From Eremomyces bilateralis CBS 781.70 (lineage: Eukaryota), in the NCBI GenBank assembly GCA_010015585.1, contig ML975161.1: a DNA stretch of 64,000 nucleotides. The stretch is one strand, 5' to 3'. Within the stretch, counting starts at the first letter, position 1. The number at the start of each line of letters is the position of its first letter. The notes beneath the pieces are model-generated. The model made no database searches, was not told the origin of the DNA, and saw only the letters and a list, made by a program, of their open reading frames with translations. Shown one piece after another: positions 47,965 to 59,401 of this stretch. A program made the position numbers and the translations under genes.

Positions 47965-50900
47965 ATGGACACTGCTCGGGACAATAAGGCGGGGGAGGAG
48001 ATCGAAATCAAGCAAGATGACACTCCCGCCGCTACAAAGACATCCCCAAGTGTTGGTGCAACGGAGGCTATGACCGGTACCACGGTGAAGCAGATCAAGA
48101 AATGTCCGAGGCATAAGAAGAAGGCTACTAAAGGGAAGAAGAAGGTACAGATCGACGACTCGACCGAGATATCCTCCGACGACTCCGACTCCGACTCCGA
48201 TTCCAGCAGTTCCTCGGACTCAGATTCGGAGGCTGAAGAGAAGCTCAAGAAGAAGCTCAAGGCCCGGAGACGGCGGAAAGCACAGCTACGCAAGGCGAAG
48301 TCCAAGAAACATAAGAAGTCGAAACGGGTTTCGTCGTCGTCGGATTCGTCGGATTCATCATCGTCATCGGATTCCTCATCGGAGGACGACCATCGCCGCT
48401 CTCGAAATCGCCGTTCGAAGAAGTCATCCCGTCATGATCGCGAAACGTCACATTCAGAGTCAGAGTCGGATGCGGAGGCTGGAGCGGAGGAGGACAAGCG
48501 AGGGGAGGATTCGCCAGAGGGATCGGACAATGCTGCTACAACGGCCATGACCGAGCTACAGCGACAGCTACAGGATGCCCAAAGCCAGTTGGAAGTCCTC
48601 ATGACTCAGCAGCAACAGAAAGGTCAGAACGGCGGTGGGCGCTCCCGAAAGGTTGGCAAGTCGTCAAAGAAGAGTAAACTTTCGAAGCGGAAGAAGGCGA
48701 AGCGCGGATCTACTCTCGAGTTCAAGCGGCTCGATGAGCTGTGGGATAGTATGTATGTCCGTTGATTCCGCGATCACTGCTGACTGGCCTCAGACACGAT
48801 ACACAACTACAAGCTTAAGGAGTCCGTCGAGGAGCATATGGACGAATACGATGAATACGTGTTCACCGTTCGCCGCACCTTCGACTGGGAAAACAAGTAT
48901 CTCAACACGAGCGTCGATATTAAGTCGAAGCTTCTCCGAGACGCACTCGCCGAGGTGATGAAGGAGGTCAAGTCCGTTTCTCTGGTTGAGGATCGACCAA
49001 GTGTAAGTCACCTCCATCCGAACTGTGTTATGTAGCTAACCTTGGCCAGGTTGACCCCAACTCCCTTTTCCTCTACCTTGAAGACTTCCGCGAACACTAC
49101 AAGAAAACCTTGAAGGCACGAGTCAAGGCGGAGAAAAAGCGGAAGCTGAAGAAGAAGCTCAAACTCCAGATTTCGCATTGCAAACTCATGGTGGCATACC
49201 TGGACGAGGACTACGATGCGACCAAGAAGAAGCTATACCCGATGCTGGAGGTTGGCACCATCACGTTTGAACTCCTCTGGGCGCTTTTCAAGCCGAATAC
49301 CGTTGCATACACTAGCACGTATGGTGCAGCCGACGAACCTCGTTGCTTCAAAGTCGACCATGCGTACAAGAACAGCTCCATTCTGCGAGGCGAATGGTAT
49401 GATGTTGATGGACGCTATCTCGAGTACGATGGCAAAAGTTTCGGCATGGGAGAGTTCAATGTCCCCATCCAGTCGTTCAAAGGACCTCAGAAGATCAACA
49501 ACCTTCCATGCTTCCCTCTGAAGTATCACAAGGATCCCGAAGCTGTTCGCAAGCAGCTCGTCGAACGGGGAAGGAAGTTCGTGTCTTTCCAGGGTATGAA
49601 TTACCGCTTCCATAAGGGCCTCGCGTTCCAGAAGAAGAAGAAGAATCAGATCGCTCGGATTCACATCAACGGCCGCATCATGGTCGACCCTGCGATCTTC
49701 CGCCGTATTAATCCCAATTACGCCATCACGGTCACGCGACCCAAAGATAATGAAGAGGATTTTTCCGATAGCGACGATTGCTCCGGATGTTGCGGCTCGG
49801 ATGATGACGACGATGAGGGGCATGCTCATATTGAGGCCTTGGGCGGTGACGAGGGCGGGGACGAAGAGAAGACGAAGCGCAAGATCATCTTTGATGACAA
49901 GGACCACCCGCATATCGTCGACGTCCCCGTCGATGCGGATGGCGATGAGCTCCCTCGTGAGAACATTGACAAGCTCAACGGTGAAATTGGGGCCAAGAAA
50001 ACCGAGTTCTCGGAAGCGGAGCTACTCATTGCGAGCCCTGTGGTTTTGGGGTTCTCGTTTTCAGAGAAGCTCTGGTTGGAATTCACCCTCAGCGGCGTCC
50101 ACGACATCGAATGGAACGACGGCGCTTTCGAGTCGCTGGTTCTACCTGCAAAGCAGAAATCGATCGTCAAATCGCTTGTGTCCGCCCATAAGTTCCATGC
50201 TGCTGAGACCATCGACGACGTCGTGCAAGGCAAGGGCAAAGGACTTGTCATCGTCCTGCACGGCTCGCCCGGCGTCGGGAAGACGTTGACGGCCGAGGGG
50301 ATCGCGGAGTTCCTCAAATGCCCGCTGTATGCGGTCTCTGCCGGTGAACTCGGCACTGACCCGGCGCGGCTGGAATCCGAACTGCAACGGATCATGGACA
50401 TCGCACACAGCTGGGGCGCGGTCCTCCTCCTCGACGAAGCGGACGTGTTCCTGGAGAAGCGGGAGATCCACGACATCCATCGCAACGCGCTCGTGTCCAT
50501 CTTCCTCCGTCTGCTCGAGTATTTCCAGGGCATCCTCTTCCTGACCACTAATCGTGTGGAGACGTTCGACGATGCATTCCAGAGTCGGATTCACGTCGCG
50601 CTGCGATACAACGAGCTCAAGCCGGCGGCGCGCAAGGAGGTGTGGAGGACGTTCTTGGAGAAGGTGCGGGTCATGGAAGGTATCAAGACGACTCCGTTCT
50701 CCGAGCCGGACTTCGATGCCCTCTCTCGGCATACTTTGAATGGTCGACAGGTAAGATCCCCCTATTTTGCTTGTTCATGAGTGGCGATGCTAACTGAGTT
50801 TCAACAGATCAAGAATGCTGTCCGTGCTGCGCAAGCCATCGCGGTCAACGAGGGGAGCCTCCTCTCCATGGAACATATCAAGGGTGTTCTCGAGGTTACT

Positions 50901-50966
50901 GAGAGCTTCAACCGCGATCTGAAGGGCGGGACCGGATACGAGGATGCGATGCGGAGCTACACCTGA
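47965..50966 (+). CDS. Fungal AAA+ ATPase with Lys/Ser/Asp-rich N-terminus; introns 48749-48793, 49003-49049, 50751-50807
   Basis: ITFELLWALF, GRIMVD, GFSFSEKLW, DDVVQGKGKGLVIVLHGSPGVGKTLTAE (Walker A), LLLDEADVFL (Walker B), RNALVSIFLRLLEYFQGILFLTTNR, DDAFQSRIH, LNGRQIKN; start chosen on AAACATGG context (alternative ATG 47929). Confidence 0.92.
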
Positions 50967-51870
50967 GCGTTCCTTGCTCCGGAGCGAGACTTGATAGCGA
51001 TGGTTTCTTTTCACCAGTTCCGAATTCTCCTCATTATTCATGTTTGTATTTCCATGAGTGAAGTTCTGCATAGCGTCAAGATGAGAATGATTTCGCGTTT
51101 TTCGACAATGGATGATCACCCACAAAGTTTTCCGAAAGGGTGATTGCAGTTTCAAGGCGTCACCGTGCTAGTATCCTCCTCGGTGTTAGGATGTATACTC
51201 TCCTCTCGTTTATTGATGAAGCTGCCATAGATACCACTCCTCTAAACGATCCACTCCGGTAGTCTCTTGATGACAGTGACCTTTCCCTCCCATTGCATCG
51301 CCACCTTAGACATCTTCCTCTAGCCTACGCCCGGAGAGTCGTAGCAATCATGCCTAGGTGTGTAAGATAGCAATGCTAGATGGATCTACTGCCTTCTATG
51401 GCAGCCGCTCGTGAAACTTGACCAACCCAGGCCATTGCACCGTAAATCCATCCATCCGCCTTTGTTACGGTACCTACCAGTATATTACCTCTCTTTTGGC
51501 AAACGGGGAAGAGGCACCGATCAAATTAGATATTTGATGGCTTTGACAGGCGTGTTCCCGAACCCTCACACGTCGTCGCGTCTTCGCGCATGATGAAAGC
51601 AAGGGAGCTCCAAGCCGATGACGCAGTGCGCTGCATCTCCGGAACAGGCAACCAGCTTCAACTAACGGTCAACACACGATCGGCGGGAGCGCGGAAGCCT
51701 GACTTCACTATTACGCCCGGAAATCCTCCAGTCGTTTATAATTCCCCGACCCGCCAGCAAATTTAATGGACCGCGAACTATCTTCTCCAACCTGCTTCCT
51801 TGACATCCACGAAAAGTATCTCGACCGCCAGTTTTCTGCAGATCATCGACCAACCAAATCCCGGTACAAC

Positions 51871-52592
51871 ATGGCATCCACGATCCCCACTGCCGCCCGC
51901 GTGGTCGAAAGCGCCGTCATCTCCGCCCCGCTCAGCAAGGTCTGGCACTTGATCAAACTGCAGGACTTTGCGACGTTCTGGACGAATCTATCTAAGAGTG
52001 AAATTACAAAGGGAGTTTCCCCGGACACCGATGTGATCAAGTGGACGTTCCAGGACGGCACGGTGCTGGAGGTCAAGCAGGAGGAACATTCAGTAGGGTG
52101 CTCTTCGTACCGGGTCCGCAGATGAGGCGGCTATAGTATATGCCATCGCTTCTCTGTGGATTTCCTTGATTGCGTGTTTGCTGACAGGCTCCCTGTAGAC
52201 GATCGAGCACTTCATCACGTACAGCGTCATCACCGCTAAGCCGGCACTCGACTATACTTCCGTCCTTAGCACGGTACGACTGTTCCCAATCACCTCTGGA
52301 GAGCATAGGGGACATACGTTCGTTCAATGGTAAGAAGTACATCGCTGAACAAATAGCGATGTGATGTTAACATACATTAAGGTCTGGGCAATTCTCCAGC
52401 GATGCATCCGTGGGTATGTTCCCTCGTCTCTCACTAATATCAGTACACTAACGAGGTTCACAGGCGTCATCGAGGATGCGAAGTATAAGCGACGAGAAGC
52501 ATTGGGTATGTCAATTCTACCAGAATGACGATTTAATGGTGCTAACTGCCTTACTAGCGGACCTGGAGAAAGCGGTCGGGAAAAGCGCCTAA
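51871..52592 (+). CDS. SRPBCC / Bet v 1-like (polyketide cyclase-like) small protein, 5 exons
   Basis: VVESAVISAPLSKVWHLIK..KQEEHS-TIEHFITYSVI..STVRLFPITSG..TFVQW-SGQFSSDASV-GVIEDAKYKRREAL-ADLEKAV; four canonical introns starting 52093, 52330, about 52413 and about 52506. Confidence 0.88.
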
Positions 52593-53744
52593 ATATCCGA
52601 TATCCACCAACAATGGCACTTCGGGATATCGCGGTAGCTCCCGAAATTCATTCTTTGACTTCAATGAGAAGCATCAGATCGGGGATTCCCCAGTACAAGG
52701 TCACTACCAAAATGAGCGTGCTGAAATCAGTCAGATCAGTGTTAAATACACCGTATCGATATGAGTATACGAATTGAAATCAATTTAGGATTTTGACCTT
52801 TGTTAGGCAGAAGGGGCTCCTGTCCTGTTAAATCATGACATTCATTATTTTTCTGCCATAGTACATGAATTTTGCCATCGTTAAGTCTCTGCAAGCATCG
52901 TTCAATCACTGAAAAGGACACAATACATAGTTATGATAAGACTATGAGCTGAATTGAAGAATCTAGTGGCTAGAAGTTTGGTTTGCTTCCCTTCTGAAGC
53001 AAGCAAGAAAAACAGAACAGCAAGAGCGTGGACCGAACCGGTGACCTTCTACCGCCCCTAAATGGCAAGGCTCATCACCTGATCTCACTGTAAGTACACA
53101 GTAGGTACCTCCCCTCCGCCGTCCCACGGCCAATGACCTCCCTCAGAAGTCCAAGGTGCAAAACTCTAACTCACTGAAGTGAGTAGAGAACCGCCACTAT
53201 CTCGCAGGCCCCGTGGTTGTTCCATTCGACACACGTTGTGCGTGGATGATCTACTTTGTCGGACTAGACTTGGTTTTTCAGCTGTACTTGGCCCGTGTCG
53301 GTGGTAAAACCAACGTGACCATTGCCGCTGAATATCAAATCGAAGATTTAAACATGTACCGTAATTCGGGTTGGTGGAGTGAACGGGAATGATAACACGG
53401 CATGCAGAGTCGGATATGAGCTACGGGAAAACAGACATTCTCGATTCCCTGGGGGGACGTCACTGGATTGCGTAGATCCTAGGGGCACATCCTATCTCAA
53501 CGGCACTCGGTTGGTATCAGAACTTGATGCTCTGCAGCATTTCAGTATTTTGTGCATGGATTCATGACACCTTTGTCACTGATCCCCAGTTAAGATACAC
53601 AGGTAGGTATTCCCGACTACTATTCTATTGACTTCCTTGTCAATGCACCGTTTTTGATCCCTCCTTCAATCCTCATATCGACATTTGAGTCCGTTGTCCT
53701 CGACAACCAAGTCTTGACGCCACCACGAATTCCATTTTTCAACC

Positions 53745-53779
53745 GCAACATGCAACACGCAACACGCAACACGCAACAC
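53745..53779. repeat. Heptanucleotide tandem repeat (GCAACAY)5 just 3' of the acid phosphatase stop
   Basis: gcaacat gcaacac gcaacac gcaacac gcaacac. Confidence 0.9.
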
Positions 53780-53805
53780 GACATTCGCTATCTTCGATTC
53801 GCATC

Positions 53806-55565
53806 TTAGAGCTCTCCCGCAGGCTCGATCTCGGGGGGGAATTTCGGAGAATCCAGGTTGGATCCGCAGGCCTTTTTCCAGTTGGGAGGCGTGAACTTGT
53901 CCACCAGGGTTTTGAAGGCCGTCTGGGTCATCGTAAGTCATGGTCGTTGATGGGGTGCGGAAAGTACTTACCAGAGTGCAAAAGCTCTCGTCTCCTTCAA
54001 GATGGTTGCCCGGAAGTTTGCACCCAGGGACTTGCATGACTTTGTCATTGTACCGCAGACGCACGAAATATCCCTCGAGTCTTTGCTTCTCGTCCTCCGT
54101 CAGTTCCTGCATCGGCCTTCGCGCGATTCCTTCCAGCTTCCCTGCGGATTTCTTGTTCCAAAACCCCTTTGGTTTCTTGGCCAACGTTGCCGCGTCCTCA
54201 GACCCTTCCGCCTCAGATTCCACCTTTGATTCCGTCTTCTTGAACAGCTCCACAGCGATATGGCTGGTGAACGGAGGCCATTTCTCGCCCTTGAACGCTC
54301 CCAGTCCCGTGAGCAAGGCGGCAAGCGTGGTGTCGTGGCATCCGGACAAAGCAAACTTGATGCCGGTTTCACGTTCTTTTCCGGCTCTGACGTCGTCATC
54401 ATCCCCGCCACCCTGGGCTGATGCATCGACGGCGGCTTGCTCGGCATTTCCGACCATTCGAGACACAATGTCACCGGCAAGAGCTCCGATCCCCAGCATT
54501 CGATATTCTCGAGACTCAGTGTACCCCGCGAACCATTCTTCAACTGCCACCTTGTCAAGGATCTCCCGCAATTTCGGGTCGTAGAATTCTGCGGGCAGCT
54601 TGGTCGGTGCTCCATGTGCGAACGTTGCGTTCACACTGTCCATGATTCCCGACAACCTCGGACGCGAGTCAACGGCAACTAGGCCGTCGGGCATCCACTT
54701 CCCTATTTTTTTATTAACATACCGCATCTCCGGAGAACCATTCCAACGAGCGGCGGTCCTCTCCGCAAATGCACGATTCAGATGCGCAAAGCGACGGCAA
54801 CCACTATCGTTGGGATACAAGGTTTCATTGGCTGGTGTCCTTTGGTATATCGTGGGTGGTGGACAATCAGCGGTTAGCGCACTGGAAGGGTACATGCCCG
54901 AAAATGCTTGCTGCATTGACTCGAGGGCACGTGGTATCGGTGTCGATCGAAGATAGATCATGTCAGTGTTCGAAATGACTTTGGGCATGAACCCGAGTTG
55001 ATCAACATATAGACGTCGTAAGCGGTGTCCAAGTTCTAAGGTGGTCTTTCGACCCAAGTCCGTGAGTTCTCCTGGCAGGCAGATGGCGTCGGATTCTTGC
55101 TTCGGCCCAGCAGTAAGCACTGGTCCGTCATCAGGGCCAAATGTCTCAAGGCTTCTCTGGTACTTTAGCGAGCCCCATTTTGAGAAGTCGCTTGTTGACA
55201 GGACAGCGCTTGTCAGTGTTCGAGCCGCATTGCAGTACGGCCAATCTATGCAGATGTAAGTGCCTGTTCATTCGAAGTTATCCTTCATGGAAGTCATACG
55301 TCCGTGCAGTCCGGTCTATTTGTTTATTAGTCCAATATTCATTAAATTTGATAGAGAATCCTTACATTCTGGAACCGAGCTGATACTGGAGTTCTCTCTC
55401 CATGTCGCAACAGCTAATGGAATCATCCATGTTAGTTAAGGTACTTGGGATGTCGAGCAAACATTTCTGACTCACCACTTGGACTAATTGAAGCTCAAGC
55501 CCTTCTGGGTATAAGCTTCGCAGCTCATCCGCGGTGTACGGTTCTCTTGGAACCAGCGAGGTCAT
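53806..55565 (-). CDS. Histidine acid phosphatase (branch 2); introns 55414-55475, 55316-55365, 55246-55299, 53923-53971
   Basis: LELQLVQV-LLRHGERTP (RHGxRxP), GELTDLG, YLRSTPIPRALES, proton-donor GCHDTT, WPPFTSHIAVELF, FVRLRYND; 16-nt microexon 55300-55315. Confidence 0.93.
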
Positions 55566-56234
55566 CTTGCGGTACTCTCAACCCTGTTGCGTGGTAGTAT
55601 CAGACCCGGGAAATCTTGGGCCTTTGACCTTTGGGTGATCAGGAAGCAGGGGTAAGCACTCGGCACTGTATTCCGTAGGTTGTGAGAGGCCAGAGGAATG
55701 GATATTTGATATCGGTAAGATCGCCGATTTGACAGGCTGGCAACAATGAACGAAGAAAGGGTTCGGGGGGTTCAAATACTTTAGGATTGTCACCATGAGT
55801 CATGGCAACTTCTTTGTGGAATGTGAAGTGTTGACATTTAGCACTCCAAATAAGCAAGGGAGTGATGGCTATCCGGAGGGAGAGAGTGAGTCGGTCGAAT
55901 AATGTGGAACCCGAACGTATTAGTCTCCACATCCATGTCCTTGTGCCGACTTGCCGAGCATTAGCCGATCAACATTCACCAAACCCTTCAGAGTTCATCA
56001 GTTCAGGCGTGCTTTACTAGATGTTGGATGATGGATCGTACTGTTGTATCGTGCAAAGGGGACTCCATGGGATGTTGATGGCTAATATGATATATTAAAC
56101 ATGGAACGTGGTATACCCCTTTCCAGTTGAAGGAGACCGACATAGCGCGATTGCGTTGATCAAGAAGACTCCCTTCCGAACCTGTCGCTGGACTGCTCGG
56201 GGGATTGAAGGAGCTTTACAACACCGAAGTCCCA

Positions 56235-59018
56235 ATGACCAGCAATGGGTATATATGCCGAAGCTGCCGCTCCAAGCTCCAAGCTGTTGGGAGCATAAAT
56301 GCTCTTAATTCATACCGGAGAGCATATTCCACCGCATTCGCATCATCTCCCGAACGTCCCGATAGCGAAACCAAAGCCCAGGACGAATCAAAGACGGAGA
56401 GAAAACATATCCCAGGAGTACCTTATAAGTTGCGATGGCCCCTTCGAGAGGATGGGAACAAACAGAGGCGTCGCGGAGAATCGTTTCGCCCCAGCGCGGC
56501 CAGAAATCGACCTTCAGAGCACGACTCAAGTATGAAAGGAGTGCCTCTTATGGACTGGGTGCAGACGAACTACAGTGGACATCCTGCTGAGGGTAGGGGA
56601 CAAGCTGTGACGGAACATAAAGACCGCACACCAAGAGCAGGGACAGGTCCGGTCACAACGCTGGAGAATTTGGTAGCGCGCGGTTCTGACGCAGGAGAGG
56701 CCTGGCGCTTGTTCACGCAGGAATTCTGGCCTGGATGTCCAGCGTTGGTTTCTCCAGCATTGAGTGACGTGCCAAAGATCAAACGCGGGACTTCCAATGT
56801 GTTCATGCTGCTTTATAATGTCATGCTGAGGGGGTGGAAGAAGGATCCCATGGCTGACCTCCCGAGTCCGTCGTCATGCATCGCTCACTTCCAGCGAGTT
56901 GGCGTAATGCTTCCACAGTTTTATGCTCAAGCAATCTGGACCCTCTTGCTTGAGCTTCTCTCCAACGACCCGAAATACATCAATCCGTCGAATAGTGCTC
57001 TTCGGGAAATCCTTACAATATGGGCATTGTTCTTCGATGCTCATGCTCATCCCCTTTCCCGGGATCAGCCAAGGAAGAGCACAAGCTCAATAAACTGGTC
57101 GTGTCTACCTGCTCCTACCGCCGTCCAGACCATGCTTAAAACCAAAGATCGACGCATAGGAGGGGATGATTTCCAATTCAGGAAGTTCTCGGACCGCCTT
57201 CTCCACACCGTCTCAGGTTTCCCAGGTACGGCGATCGATGAATTGCAGATTGCCCTTCTCGTCACCTTCCACCTTCTCGTCATCAATCACACCACAGACT
57301 CGATACACACGGTTGATGCCGTCGATGCAGATATTGAACCGTTTCTGAACTTTGCTTCTCATCTTCTGCATCACGCTGATACTTTCAACACTCAAGAGCT
57401 GGTGGTCCATCGGCTGAGTCAACATCTGCGGCACAGCGAACCATCAGTCACCCACCAGCAGTTATTGGCGAACCTTAAGAAAACAAGGTCGTATGCAAGC
57501 ATTGTATTTGGAGGGGGCTCGGAATGGACGTCTCTCCTCAAGTCAAGCAAGAAGAAAGCGGAATCTTGGCGATCCCTAGCCGACTTCTTTGTCGGTGCTC
57601 TCTACGGAGCACAGGAACACAAGAGCTTAAGGGCGGCCCAAAACACGTGGAAACTGATCGAGGATGCCTATACGACTCGCATTGGTGACTCCGTCAAGGT
57701 TACCATTCCGTCGTCTGTGTACGACACCGCCTTGACCACGTTTATGGCTTTGAGGAGACAAGATCTCGCCATCCAGATTTGGCAGTACCTACGGAAAAAT
57801 GGCATCATTCCGACGGTGGCATCATGGACGGCAATGATCGTCGGTTGTCGTATCGCGAAACGGGGAGATGCCATTGAGGAAGTCTGGGATCGCATGCATC
57901 GTGCTGCGATTGAGCCGGATGCTCGAGCCTATACCGAGGCCATCTTCGGATTTCTATGGTGCGGCCATGATGACCATGGCTTTCGGCTCCTTCATGAAAT
58001 GAGCGACAAGTGGACTCGTGCGGTCCAGCGCATTCATGGGAAACCGCTCTCCAAGGTGGATGTAAAATCCATTGGCGACCTGCCTGGGGCACCCAAGCCT
58101 ACGACTGGGACCTTGAACACGGTGATCACCGCGCTCAGCAAAGGCAAGCAAAGAAGACACCACGATATCGCGAAAGTCTTCGCCTGGGCTCAAGCACTGG
58201 GGATCCCCCTGACCATTGACACGTTCAACGTGATGCTCCAAATGCACCTCGAGCAAAGCGATATGGAAAACGCTATGAAAGTTTTGCGGAACATGCAGGA
58301 CAACGACATCCAACCGAACGTCGTCACCTTCAGCATGCTTTCCAACATCATCTTCGGTCGTTCCGGAACTATCGATCTCCCTCCTGAGGAACAGCTAGCA
58401 TTCATCCTCCGATTCCTGTGGGAAGTTGAAAGTCGAGGCATCGCTCCCAACTCTCATATGTACGGCACCATCATCGACGGGATCATCCACCGCAACGCCG
58501 ACACGGCGGTAGCCCAAGGCGTCCTCACCCACATGCGCGCCAAAGGAATGAAACCCTCCGTCCACATCTGCACGATGCTCATGACCTACCACTTCCAACA
58601 ACACCCACCCGACCTCGAGGCGATCGACGCCCTCTGGCGCACCATGCTCTCCGACAACGTCGTCGTCGACGGCTTCTTCTACGACCGCATGATCGAGGGC
58701 TATTCCCGCGCCGACCACGTGGGCAAGATGATGACGTTCCTGACCCGCATGTCGAAGGATGGGCTGCAGCCGAGCTGGAAGGCGCTCACGGCCATCGTGG
58801 AGGCGTTGCTGAGAGTGGGGGATACCCAGCGAGCGCAGGAGATCGTGGCGGACGTCGGGGAGAGGGGGAACCGGGGGTCGGGCGTTCCGGATCGGGGACA
58901 CGGGATGCAGGATTTTTGGTCTCTGGTAGCGCATGAGGGACTGGGTCGTGGTTCTGACACGGGAGGGATCGAGGGGGAGGTTGATGGGCAGGGAAGAAGG
59001 CAGTTTGTATCATCTTGA
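56235..59018 (+). CDS. Mitochondrial pentatricopeptide-repeat (PPR) protein
   Basis: Presequence-like MTSNGYICRSCRSKL; PPR motifs PTVASWTAMIVGC, PDARAYTEAI, TIDTFNVML, QPNVVTFSML, PNSHMYGTIIDG, KPSVHICTMLM, FYDRMIEGY. Confidence 0.88.
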   Translation: MTSNGYICRSCRSKLQAVGSINALNSYRRAYSTAFASSPERPDSETKAQDESKTERKHIPGVPYKLRWPLREDGNKQRRRGESFRPSAARNRPSEHDSSMKGVPLMDWVQTNYSGHPAEGRGQAVTEHKDRTPRAGTGPVTTLENLVARGSDAGEAWRLFTQEFWPGCPALVSPALSDVPKIKRGTSNVFMLLYNVMLRGWKKDPMADLPSPSSCIAHFQRVGVMLPQFYAQAIWTLLLELLSNDPKYINPSNSALREILTIWALFFDAHAHPLSRDQPRKSTSSINWSCLPAPTAVQTMLKTKDRRIGGDDFQFRKFSDRLLHTVSGFPGTAIDELQIALLVTFHLLVINHTTDSIHTVDAVDADIEPFLNFASHLLHHADTFNTQELVVHRLSQHLRHSEPSVTHQQLLANLKKTRSYASIVFGGGSEWTSLLKSSKKKAESWRSLADFFVGALYGAQEHKSLRAAQNTWKLIEDAYTTRIGDSVKVTIPSSVYDTALTTFMALRRQDLAIQIWQYLRKNGIIPTVASWTAMIVGCRIAKRGDAIEEVWDRMHRAAIEPDARAYTEAIFGFLWCGHDDHGFRLLHEMSDKWTRAVQRIHGKPLSKVDVKSIGDLPGAPKPTTGTLNTVITALSKGKQRRHHDIAKVFAWAQALGIPLTIDTFNVMLQMHLEQSDMENAMKVLRNMQDNDIQPNVVTFSMLSNIIFGRSGTIDLPPEEQLAFILRFLWEVESRGIAPNSHMYGTIIDGIIHRNADTAVAQGVLTHMRAKGMKPSVHICTMLMTYHFQQHPPDLEAIDALWRTMLSDNVVVDGFFYDRMIEGYSRADHVGKMMTFLTRMSKDGLQPSWKALTAIVEALLRVGDTQRAQEIVADVGERGNRGSGVPDRGHGMQDFWSLVAHEGLGRGSDTGGIEGEVDGQGRRQFVSS

Positions 59019-59346
59019 CAGATCTTGACTGTATATACACTGTACGATAGTGTGGATAGTGAACGAAGTGGTGAACAATGGACTATCAACGTTTGAAGAT
59101 CCAAAATCTTGCGTACAAATCGAACCTGCAAGGGACGACGCGAAGTTATTCCGGCACTGTTGACTAGGACTAAAATGCAGATTGATGAGTTTTTGGTTCG
59201 AAACTTCCCATCCAGACGTTGAATTGAAATCTGAACCTGTACATCACTGCAGGGAGTGATGCGATTCTGGTCAAGCCGTCATCAGGGGCAAGATGAATGC
59301 CAAGACCTCGTCCCTCCAGCTCCCATCCCATCTCTTCTAAACTCCG

Positions 59347-59357
59347 AAAAATTTCAT
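59347..59357. promoter_or_regulatory. RRPE-like element upstream of PUS7
   Basis: GAAAAATTTCA about 45 bp before the ATG; resembles the yeast RRPE (AAAWTTTT) of ribosome-biogenesis genes; short AT motif that could be chance. Confidence 0.3.
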
Positions 59358-59401
59358 ACACTTTTAGCATCTGAAACATTTTCTCCCGCTACCATTTCGA
59401 T

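Noticed and set aside
48165..48390. GACTCC and TCGGAT short repeats
   Set aside because: Coding low-complexity Ser/Asp tract of the AAA ATPase; not a CRISPR or independent array.
49233..50732. Long antisense ORFs (196-240 aa) opposite the AAA ATPase, and similar ones opposite SNF2, PPR and App1
   Set aside because: Expected shadows of GC3-biased coding sequence.
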